From IMG/VR virus record IMGVR_UViG_3300025600_000001, positions 32,001 to 96,000 of that record: a DNA stretch of 64,000 bases; one strand, given 5' to 3'. The DNA is from a virus. The translations under genes were made by a program, and so were the position numbers. A model generated the notes under the pieces. It was not told where the DNA came from, ran no database searches, and saw nothing but the letters and a program-made list of their open reading frames with translations. Shown in pieces: positions 46,918-56,700 of the stretch (the stretch's first letter is position 1; each line of letters opens with the position of its first letter).

Positions 46918-48549
46918 TTATTGTACTATAACCCAGTCAAAAATTACGGAACCTGTAAGTCCAGTGAGAAAAACGACATCGAAGGAAGTTGTTGTTTTAT
47001 TATTCACATAATGTACTGCGGAAGACAAAACGTTGTTTCCTTCCGTTACGACTTTATATGTAGTATTTGCCATTGTTTGCCCGATTGTTACTGTAAATGT
47101 TGTTGTGGCTGTTCCTGTTCCAGAAAATGAACCTGCTATGGCACTCTGTTGGTCTAATTGATACCTAGTGGGAGTAGAAGATGTCCAATAAATATGAGTT
47201 CCATCACTTTCTACATTTCCAGTTACAGGTGTTGTAGTTACTACTCCAGCGTCTATTTTAAGTGAAGCGGTATTTGCCGAAGCTGTTGATGCCTTCAAAT
47301 GTAGTACTGCAGTTGGCGATATAGTCCCGATGCCGACGTTGCCGTTATTTGTTATTCTCATTTTCTCTGTGGGAGGGGTATTTACTAACCCAGTACCAAA
47401 AGAAATATAAGAAATACCAGTAGCACCACCGTTTGAATTATTTATATAAGTAGTCCCATAAGTAGAGTAATCTACTGTATTTGCATTGGCATTCCAGTTG
47501 TTGCTGATTAACAAGTCGGAACCAGTTGTTCCATTTATCCCAATACGGTTATAGTATGGCCAACCATTCGCACTAAATTTAATTCCATTATTATCAGATG
47601 TTGCAGAACTTAAATGTAGTTGTGCATACGGCATCGTCGTACCAATCCCGACGTTAGTTCCATCATCATAAATCATTGCACCAGTGTCACCAATAGTTGT
47701 AGCACTTGTAAATTTAGCAACGTAATTTGTTGTTCCACTTACTGCTACAGATGTACCACTAGTTCCAGTAGTACCTGAAGTTCCATTTATACCAGAACTA
47801 CCTGATGTTCCACTAGTTGATGAGGTTCCTGATGTGCCATCTATAGCACTACTTCCACTAGTTCCATTTGTTCCTGAAGACCCAGATATACCGCTAGTTC
47901 CGTCAATAGCAGAGGTACCACTTGTACCATTTAATCCTGATGTACCAGACGTTCCATTAGTTCCATTGATACTTATTCCTGATGTACCTGAAGTTGAACT
48001 ACTACCTGAACTACCAGATATTGAAATACCTGACGAACCTGAACTTCCTGATGTTCCACTCACACCACTACTACCAGCAATTGTTATTCCTGAACTACCA
48101 CTTAATCCAGATGAACCAGATGTACCTCCAGTTGATGAAGTTCCTGAACTACCATTAGTAGAACTACCACTAGTTCCACTTGTTGATGATGTACCAGAAG
48201 TTCCAGGAATAGTAAGACCACTAGTACCACTAGTAGAACTTGTTCCACTACTACCGTTTGAACCATTAATAGCACTTGTTCCTGATGTTCCATTTCCACT
48301 AGTACCACTTGTAGATGAGGTTCCTGATGTTGATGAAGTTCCACTAGTGGCAGAAGTACCACTAGTTCCTCCTGTTCCTGAAGACCCATTTAATACTCCT
48401 GAATGCAAAGCATTATCTATTTTTACAAATACTGTTTCAATAGTATCATTTGTATTGACGTGAAGATATATTAAATTAGGACCTTCATAAAATACACAGG
48501 TAGAACTTAATATAACAGGACATGGAGAGGGATTACAACGTATCTTCAT
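46918..48549 (-). CDS. Putative tail fibre/surface protein with Gly-Thr-Ser repeats
   Basis: N-terminal CxxxxCP...CVFYEG module, about 210 aa of (G-T/S-S) repeats, then NVGIGT beta repeats. Confidence 0.75.
   Translation of the reverse strand: MKIRCNPSPCPVILSSTCVFYEGPNLIYLHVNTNDTIETVFVKIDNALHSGVLNGSSGTGGTSGTSATSGTSSTSGTSSTSGTSGNGTSGTSAINGSNGSSGTSSTSGTSGLTIPGTSGTSSTSGTSGSSTNGSSGTSSTGGTSGSSGLSGSSGITIAGSSGVSGTSGSSGSSGISISGSSGSSSTSGTSGISINGTNGTSGTSGLNGTSGTSAIDGTSGISGSSGTNGTSGSSAIDGTSGTSSTSGTSGSSGINGTSGTTGTSGTSVAVSGTTNYVAKFTSATTIGDTGAMIYDDGTNVGIGTTMPYAQLHLSSATSDNNGIKFSANGWPYYNRIGINGTTGSDLLISNNWNANANTVDYSTYGTTYINNSNGGATGISYISFGTGLVNTPPTEKMRITNNGNVGIGTISPTAVLHLKASTASANTASLKIDAGVVTTTPVTGNVESDGTHIYWTSSTPTRYQLDQQSAIAGSFSGTGTATTTFTVTIGQTMANTTYKVVTEGNNVLSSAVHYVNNKTTTSFDVVFLTGLTGSVIFDWVIVQ
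47750..48390 (-). repeat. Degenerate 9-bp coding repeat (GTS/GSS)n
   Basis: Translation SGTSGTSATSGTSSTSGTS...; codons are diversified. Confidence 0.85.
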
Positions 48550-48560
48550 TTTAAAAGGTA

Positions 48561-48797
48561 TTAATACAGTATAGTTGTAGAAGTAGTTGTTGTGCTACTA
48601 CTACTTGTTGTTGAGGATGTACTAGTAGAACTAGTTGTAGGAGTTATTGCTGTAATAGCAACTTCTAACTTTGCAAGAATTACATCAAGTGAATCTCCAG
48701 GAGAGATATTTGTTACTGGTAAAAAAGTTCCTTCATATATAACACATTTAGTATTTTCATATGTAGGACATGTTGGGCAAACTTTGGCTGTACGCAT
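48561..48797 (-). CDS. Small protein with CxxCP...CVIYEG module and Thr/Ser tail
   Basis: VCPTCPTYENTKCVIYEG...GDSLDVILAK followed by TPTTSSTSTSSTTSSSSTTTTSTT. Confidence 0.75.
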   Translation of the reverse strand: MRTAKVCPTCPTYENTKCVIYEGTFLPVTNISPGDSLDVILAKLEVAITAITPTTSSTSTSSTTSSSSTTTTSTTILY

Positions 48798-48815
48798 GAT
48801 ATTTAAATTTAAGTA

Positions 48816-51800
48816 TTATTGCTGAACTCTTGGTTGACTTGTTACTACATATCCATGTTCTTTAGACCATTCTGGGAATAGTAAAGGAGCATAATCTCTA
48901 CCAAATTGTGATGCTCCAGGAATAATATTCATAAATTGTTTTAATGGATAATTTTTATTAGTTAATTCTTCATTATCTGTAACTGTTCCATATACTTCCT
49001 GACCTAGAGTATTTATTGCTTTCCATGCACTAGCAACAGTTCCTAATGCTGGAAGAAAACTACCCTTAGTCATTTGTGTAAATGAGAGAGGATTATAATA
49101 GAAATCAATTTCATTTTTTACTTTTATAAATACTTTAAGGAAATACTTATATTTATTTTTTGTGAGCAAGTCATCGTCATCATCAGGAACAGCAATTTTA
49201 GCTGCAAGCATTAATACTACAAGTCCTAATAATAGTCCAAGTTCTTTCATTTCATTCGAAAGAGTTTGTCTCATCATATTATAGAATTCCTCGTTAGTTA
49301 TTTTTAGTTCTTTTCCATTTTTTTTATAATATTCCTGCTTTTTTTGTTCCAACATATCATCCAATATAGCAAGTCCTTTATCTGTACCATTAATAATATC
49401 TATCATTCTAAATACATTCCAATTAGCTGCCTGAATATAGGCTTTCATAAAAGCTCTTGCTCTACCATATCTCCATTCATGTAAAGTAGTATCATAGGTA
49501 ATCTCGTGAGCTCTTACCTCTACTTGTTTTACAATCCAATTTCTAAACATAGCAAAAGATTTTAAAAGAATATCCCTTCTATAACCAGCTTTATTTTCCT
49601 GACTCATCTGACCATTTAGTTTTCTTCCCCATTCTACAATAGTTGTTCTAAATTTTGCAAGTTCTTCATCAGAAATACCAGGAATAACAATTTGATCATC
49701 CTCTATTTTTACTATTTTATCTAATGATGATGATTCCTGTAATTCTTTTATTCTATCATCAAAAGTTTTTTCATAAGATTTTCTTTCCTCCTGAGACATA
49801 ATAAAATTTCCTTGTTCATCTTTCGCATATCTTTTCTCATCCTGTTTCCTTAAATATTGTGGAATATTCACAATTCTTCCATTTATAATCATTGCATTAT
49901 CAATAAAGGATAAAGCATTAGTAAATTGTAGATTTCTTTCAGGAAGATAATTGGTAGATTGCATTGCATCCTGTATAGTCCATGTTCCTAACCATTTAAT
50001 ATATCCTTGTTTCCATGCAATTTTTCTTCTTGCTTCTGTATAAGGATCTCCATTTAAAGGAACAATTAAATCAAGAAGTCCTTTTTGTATTGTAGATAAA
50101 TTTATTCCTGTAATTAATTTTATATGATTGGGAAAATAATTACCAAAATATGTATAGAATTCTCCATTATTAATAAAAGATTGAAAATGATTACCAAAAT
50201 AGTTAGGAACAGCAATTAGCCATCGAAGTCCCACAGCTATATTTTGTGTAAGAGAATTCATATTCTCAAATCCTTTTTTAATAGATACTACTTTATCATT
50301 TACTTTATCTTTATCTTTTGATAGTGTATTAGTAATAGATGTAAGATTTACAGTTCCTACAGATGAGTTATCTTCATGCTGTCCATAAATTTCATCATTA
50401 GTTTTTGTAATCATTAAATCAGCATTCTTATTACTAGTTAAATCTATTTTAGGGGATGTTCCTTCCCATTCAATATCTCCATTTTTATCTACAACAACAT
50501 GTCCTTTTGATTTTTCTACTTCTGTAAGTGTAAGTGCTGTCATTTCCAGATTCCTTGCTCTCTCATATTCTAATAAGGATTTAATCCATAATGGAAACAC
50601 TCTTGTCAAATCTCTGGAGAGTTGATGTAATTCCTTATCTGTTCTTGTAAATAATTTAGGAATCTTTAATCTAGGTAAATTAGTATCAGGATCTGTAGAG
50701 GAATATTGGTTTTTTTCATTGATTCGTACAGTATAGAAATCTTGAAATAAATCTTTTGTTTCTGTTAATATATTACCTGTAGCAGCTAATTTATTGAGCA
50801 TGGAAGCTTCTATTAATGCAAAGAATGATAAACTACCATTAGGAATATATCCAGCTCTTATAGCTCTTTCATTTAATGCTGTTGCAAATTCCCACATAGC
50901 AAACGCTTCTTTATTTTTGATCATTTGTTTATAATCTTCTGATTGACGCAACTCTGTATTTCTTGCTTTATTAAATAAGTATGAAAAATTTTTATGATCA
51001 TTATAGCCATCAAAAGAATCACTCCATATTTCAAGAGAATTTACTAATTGTTTTTTTGCATATTCTTTTCTTCTAATATTCTCATCTTCATCAGAAGAGT
51101 ATTTTGTCAAATCAATTTCTTTTATACCATTTTCGATAGTTTCTTTTGCTATTTTAGTATACAATTCCATATTTAAATTGTCTATCAGAAATTGTTTATT
51201 CTTTTCATTTTTTGCTTTTACCAATTCTTCTTTAAATTTATCATCTGTTTTTTCAATAAGATGCAGTTCTCCATTTTTTACTTTTGCAAATAAATCAAAA
51301 GCTGATTTTTCCATTGATTTTGCTCTTTCTTCCAAGGGTAATATTAATTTCTCAAATTCAGTGAGTAATTTACCCATATTGATATTTGTATTACTTCTTG
51401 TGTCTAAGGACAATTTAGTAAAAAAATTCATAATGCTTGAATTAAGCATTCCTTCTTCTGATAAATATCTGAATATACCTTTAATTTCTTTTTCAGGTAA
51501 AAGTATATCTTCTTTATTTTCTTCTGTACTATATCCTTTTAATATAGCATATTGTACGATAAACAGTCTCTGAAGTTCAGTGATTTTGGCAATCATTCTT
51601 TCTGTAGAGACTGCAATATCTACAAGTCCTGGAATTTTATTTCCTTTACTATCTATATAACCATTTAAAGTTTTCTTTTCTTCTTCTGATAAAGTTTCCT
51701 TTGGATGAATTATTAGAAATGTTTCATCAATTTTTGCAAATTTTCCTGCCCTTATTTTAAATTCTGTTAATTCTCTCTGTTTATCATCTAAGACTTTATC

Positions 51801-53789
51801 ATCTAATTGTTTATAATCAATATCCTGAAATGTTTTAAAAGCTTCCTTAGCATCAATAAGAAATTTCTGTCCTATATTAGTTAAAGGAGTAAAGTCTAAT
51901 TTTAATCTTAATACACGAATAGCTTTTGATAATTCTTTAAGTCTAATATCTTTTACAATTTTCTGTTCAGGTTCAACATGTAATTTCTGTAACTTTTCAT
52001 AGTCAGCTTCTAATGCCAATATTAATGATTTTGCAGGATTATCTTTTAGTTCATCATCTGTAGGAACAGGAAGCAAATATAGATTTGTTTCTGTAAGACT
52101 ATCTAATTTTCCTATTTCAATTGACGCTGCATATTGAAGATTCCCCTTTGTATCATATTTATAATTTACCTGAAAAGGAATCATTCTTGATTTTCTTAAT
52201 TGTGCTTGTGTAGCACCATAAAGCCTATCAATTTTATTGTATTCTCCCATTTGAGGAATCCAATCTTTTTTCTTAAACCAAGAAACATCTTCCTCTCTTG
52301 TTTTATCAATACTCATAAATTTCCAATCTAAGGTATCAATTCTGATATCTTCTTTTTCTTTAATTACAACAGGTTCTATTGCTTTAAAATCCACTGTAGA
52401 AGCAAGCATTCCTTCTTCTTGGGTATTTATTACCTTTCTTTCGATGATAAATCTTGTTCCTGGAGCATAAGAGTTTATTAGTTCTATTGCAAAATCTACA
52501 AGCTTCTTTTGAATTGCTGTATTGAGTTTACTTGTAATAGGAATATTGAGAAGAGTTTCTCTTTTATAACCATCCTTGTCAATTAAATTATTGGTAATAT
52601 AATTCTCCATAAAACTATGTCCTTCAATCCCCCAATCTCTTTTTTGATCATCTTCTAGTTTTTGTGAAGGAGTTCTGTCAGGCATTTTGTTACTTTCCTT
52701 AGTTTTCTCTGTAACACTCTTTGCTACTCTAACACCATCAAATGTATAATGCCTTTTATCAGTTACTGTTTCTGGATTTAATTCCAGTCTACTATCCATT
52801 TCAATTATCTTGTCATATAATTTATCTACAAGAGGATTTTTGATTTGGAGAAATACTCCTTCAGATGTAATATCATTGACTGTTCCTATATTTTCATTAA
52901 GAATTTTCTCTCCTACTAAATTAAAAATATCAATATTGGTTTTTTTGTATATTCCTTTTATGTAATCCTTAATGGCATTCCACCATTGTTGAACCATAGA
53001 AATGTTTTCCTCTTTAAGAAGTTCAGGAAAGTCTATTTTGTTTTCGGAGTTATTTATAATAATTTCTACTATTAATTTATCAACTACTTCTTTCTTTATC
53101 TTTCTAATATCAGGTTTACCATTGGTCAGTTGATATTCTTTTCTTTTTCCATAAGTGGCTAATATTGTCTTATATATTTGAAACCTATCTATTTTCGATA
53201 TAAGTTCTGTGATGAGTTTTGGATTGGTTTGTTCGAGTATAGATGTAGCTATGTGTACAATCTCTTCTGTAAGAGTTGCATCTTCTTTTCCCTGAGCAAC
53301 TGCAACAACACCTTGCACAAGATCAGCTAGTCCATTTACTCCTTTAATATCCACATTAGGATTACCTTTCAAGTAGTCTTGTAAATTCTGAATATCAATT
53401 CCCATTTTCTTTGCAGCCTCTTTAATTTTAGAAAGAGTTTCTGGAGATGATTTAGAAGTAGGAACATCATTAGTTTGAAACATGTAATCATTAGTAAATT
53501 CTTCTCCTACACGTTGAGTATCTTCAATTTGTATATTTGCTGCTTCTTTAGTTTCTATATTAGTAAAAAAAGCATGATATTTATCTACAAGTTCTGAAGG
53601 AATATCAATTACTACTTTATTAGTATAATTATTCTCTCCCTCAAAAACTTTTATAACATCAGCATTATAAGAAGAGTTAATCTCTTTAGCTTTTTGTTGA
53701 GCAATTTTTAAGTTTGCTCCTTCTAATTCCACTGCTCTTTTAGTAATTTGTTCTTCAAGAGTTTGTCTGATATTAATTTTACAAGCCAT
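48816..53789 (-). CDS. Giant virion-associated (ejected) protein with degenerate zincin motif and PD-(D/E)xK-like domain
   Basis: 1657 aa; TLTEEIVH, GIEGH...ERKV...ASTVD...LDWK, hydrophobic segment near the C-terminus; adjacent to the RNAP gene as in crAss-like phages. Confidence 0.7.
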   Translation of the reverse strand: MACKINIRQTLEEQITKRAVELEGANLKIAQQKAKEINSSYNADVIKVFEGENNYTNKVVIDIPSELVDKYHAFFTNIETKEAANIQIEDTQRVGEEFTNDYMFQTNDVPTSKSSPETLSKIKEAAKKMGIDIQNLQDYLKGNPNVDIKGVNGLADLVQGVVAVAQGKEDATLTEEIVHIATSILEQTNPKLITELISKIDRFQIYKTILATYGKRKEYQLTNGKPDIRKIKKEVVDKLIVEIIINNSENKIDFPELLKEENISMVQQWWNAIKDYIKGIYKKTNIDIFNLVGEKILNENIGTVNDITSEGVFLQIKNPLVDKLYDKIIEMDSRLELNPETVTDKRHYTFDGVRVAKSVTEKTKESNKMPDRTPSQKLEDDQKRDWGIEGHSFMENYITNNLIDKDGYKRETLLNIPITSKLNTAIQKKLVDFAIELINSYAPGTRFIIERKVINTQEEGMLASTVDFKAIEPVVIKEKEDIRIDTLDWKFMSIDKTREEDVSWFKKKDWIPQMGEYNKIDRLYGATQAQLRKSRMIPFQVNYKYDTKGNLQYAASIEIGKLDSLTETNLYLLPVPTDDELKDNPAKSLILALEADYEKLQKLHVEPEQKIVKDIRLKELSKAIRVLRLKLDFTPLTNIGQKFLIDAKEAFKTFQDIDYKQLDDKVLDDKQRELTEFKIRAGKFAKIDETFLIIHPKETLSEEEKKTLNGYIDSKGNKIPGLVDIAVSTERMIAKITELQRLFIVQYAILKGYSTEENKEDILLPEKEIKGIFRYLSEEGMLNSSIMNFFTKLSLDTRSNTNINMGKLLTEFEKLILPLEERAKSMEKSAFDLFAKVKNGELHLIEKTDDKFKEELVKAKNEKNKQFLIDNLNMELYTKIAKETIENGIKEIDLTKYSSDEDENIRRKEYAKKQLVNSLEIWSDSFDGYNDHKNFSYLFNKARNTELRQSEDYKQMIKNKEAFAMWEFATALNERAIRAGYIPNGSLSFFALIEASMLNKLAATGNILTETKDLFQDFYTVRINEKNQYSSTDPDTNLPRLKIPKLFTRTDKELHQLSRDLTRVFPLWIKSLLEYERARNLEMTALTLTEVEKSKGHVVVDKNGDIEWEGTSPKIDLTSNKNADLMITKTNDEIYGQHEDNSSVGTVNLTSITNTLSKDKDKVNDKVVSIKKGFENMNSLTQNIAVGLRWLIAVPNYFGNHFQSFINNGEFYTYFGNYFPNHIKLITGINLSTIQKGLLDLIVPLNGDPYTEARRKIAWKQGYIKWLGTWTIQDAMQSTNYLPERNLQFTNALSFIDNAMIINGRIVNIPQYLRKQDEKRYAKDEQGNFIMSQEERKSYEKTFDDRIKELQESSSLDKIVKIEDDQIVIPGISDEELAKFRTTIVEWGRKLNGQMSQENKAGYRRDILLKSFAMFRNWIVKQVEVRAHEITYDTTLHEWRYGRARAFMKAYIQAANWNVFRMIDIINGTDKGLAILDDMLEQKKQEYYKKNGKELKITNEEFYNMMRQTLSNEMKELGLLLGLVVLMLAAKIAVPDDDDDLLTKNKYKYFLKVFIKVKNEIDFYYNPLSFTQMTKGSFLPALGTVASAWKAINTLGQEVYGTVTDNEELTNKNYPLKQFMNIIPGASQFGRDYAPLLFPEWSKEHGYVVTSQPRVQQ

Positions 53790-53792
53790 GTT

Positions 53793-56700
53793 TTAACATT
53801 TAATAGGAGGTCTTTTAATTTCTGGTAATCCTTCTGGTGCACCTGTTAATAATTCTTTAATCTCCTGAGAAGATAATTTTGATACTATTTCATTAATAGG
53901 AGCATTTTTTAATACTTCAAATTCTATAGCTGCAGCACCATCTTTGAATCTGTCTATAACTTTAACATCATCTGCTCTCCATCCCTCTTTACTCCAAGTT
54001 CCTTTCCATCCTATAGTTCCTTTAGGATGTATAGCAGTAACTTTAGCATAAATAGTTTTAGTTGTACCATCTGCAGATTTACCAAAGTTTTTAATAGTGT
54101 CTCCTATCTTAATTTTATATTTAGCCATTTCAGATTCACTTCTTGTGGTTCTTGTTCTAAATCCAGCATCAATCATATCAATAGAATGAGGATTATTTCC
54201 TAATACCTTCTTAACTTCATCATTCGCAGTAGTTAAAGAACCATAAGACTCAATACCTGAAATTTTATTTTGAGGAATATCTGCCATAGACTTAGTATTT
54301 AATAATTCATTAATAGGAGCATTTGCTGTTATTTCTTTTTCTCCTGCAAGAATATCTGTAATTATGTAATCTTCCACTTCATTATATTTATCAAATCCAT
54401 TATCAAGAACAGATTGTTGTCCTAATGTTGAGAGAGGATTATTAATCAATCCATCATATAATTCCTGAGCTTTATAACTATCACCCCAAGCATTGATCGC
54501 TTTGTAAATATACTTGGTATATATTATTCCTGTTTTCTTATCAATATTACTGAGAATCATTGGCGATCCATCAGAATTATATACTTTTTTCATCAAAGCT
54601 TTATGTATATGATTTCTGTCTCCAGTTTTTCTTGCTACTATTCTATTTTTCTTAGAAATATAAGTTTCCCATGAATAGACGATAAATTCATCTCTTGCTT
54701 CATAGGGGTTTAAGCCTACTAATTTTGGAATAATACCATCATCCATTGCTTTTTGTAGTTTTCTTTTTGGATCAAGAAACATATTTGCATCTTTCCAAAC
54801 CTTTATTCCAGAAACATCTGTAATAGGTTTCATATTTGCTCTAATGAAAGACGTAACATTCTCGTTATTCCAATTGTTTCTTTCAAAAACATTTAATCTG
54901 CTAAAGTTAGATAAATTAGACATTGTTTCCAAACTGGAAAGTGTTTCATTATAAATGGCTACAAAATCATTATAAGGAAGTAAACTAGTAAAAGCAATTG
55001 GTGAATTTGTAAGACCACTTTGTAATACAACAAGTCTTACAAGTTTTCCATATAAATCTTTGTTTTCATCCTTGAGTACTTTCTTTAATTCTTCAAATCC
55101 ATAGATAATTAAATTTTGATCATATACATTATCTCTTCCAGTAATAACTAAATTATTTACTTTCCCTAATTTATCTCCTCCCTGTTGTTTGATCTTTCTA
55201 AGAATTAAATTATTATATAAAGGATGTTTAGGATTTGCTAACACTTCGTCTCTATATGCAATAATTTGTTCTGCAGCACTTTTCTCAGAAGAGTTTCCTA
55301 AGAGAATACTTGCTATTTTATTATTTACTCTTGTACTATTCTGCATAGCCCAATCAAACATGTTACTAACAGCAGTTTGACTTATTTTTATAAAATCTTT
55401 AGAAGATGTGTCTACATAGGAGCGAAGAACATCTTCCATAACTCTTCTCATATTGGGTTTATCCGCAATCAGTATTTCTGCAAAAGCATCTTTAATATCA
55501 AAAATTAGATCTTTAAGAGGACCAACAAACGAACTCTTTAATATATTATCAACTGCTGGAACAACATTATTGTTTTCATCAAGACTACTAAATATAGTTT
55601 TTTGAGCTTTCTTTAATTGTTCCTGTTTCTGGAATATTAAGAATGAATCATTTAAGTTTGCTGTATCATAGTTACTGGCTTGTGTTACTGTGAACATCTG
55701 TTGAGTCATTTTAGCATATTTTGTAAATTCCCCTAATATAAATTGTTGTTGATTTTTTTGTTTATTAGTAAGATCTTTTGTTTTTTTACCTATCATGTCG
55801 AACAACTCTCCTTCAGATGGTAATTCTGTTTCATCTGCCATTTGTTCCTGAACATTATATATATCTATCATATCAGAAAAGATATTATCAACGAAAAGCC
55901 AGGAATATCCTTTATTTTCAATATTACGTAAATAGTCTTTTATAATTGGTTGGTTTAGAAAATACGCTACAGATTCTTTACTTACACCACTATCTAATAA
56001 GAATAATGCTGTAGCAATAACATTAGGAGTAAATCCTAATTCTATTAACCATGTACCATTTGATACATCCACTGCACCATCTATAATAGCACTATTTACA
56101 TTAGAAATAAAATCCTTTCCATTATCACTTTTTATTTTAGAGAGTACTGCTACTTTCTTACCATTAATAATTTCTGAATTATATTCCTTAAATTTAATCT
56201 CTCCATCTCCTAACCATTTCTTATCTTCAGGAGTAATTTTAGAAGTATCACTATAAACAAGTGTACGTTGTCTTTGTGAATGACTCGCTTGTCCTACGGC
56301 AGCAATACCAATGATTTGCTTACCTGTCACAAAAGCATGTCTTAAATAGGACATAAATGACCATTTTAACATGTTTCCTGGAGATGAATAATCAATTTCT
56401 TTTCTTCCTAATTTAGCATTTATTTTTTTTGTTAAGTCTTTTAAATCCTTTGCAGAATTAGGTCGTGTTAATTGTGCAAAATTTAAAGGATGTGATGTGA
56501 TTCTTTCAAGAGATTGTATGTATTCATTCTCTAAAGATTTTTTATACATCAAATCAATTATCATTTCACGTTCTCCTTCTTCTATTACAGAATCCATGAA
56601 ATCTTCTGTAATTTCTTCTTCTGTAAATACACCAAGTTCTCCAAATAACGATTGTATAAATTGATGTCCAGGAGCTATTCCTTCTGCCTGAATTTCTGCT

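Noticed and set aside
47750-48390. CRISPR array or DGR-type repeat
   Set aside because: It is a degenerate 9-bp coding repeat without spacers; no cas gene or reverse transcriptase is present in the window.
47834-48463. 209 aa plus-strand Pro/Val/Leu-rich ORF and the 48102..48389 alternate frame
   Set aside because: Shadow frames of the GTS repeat.
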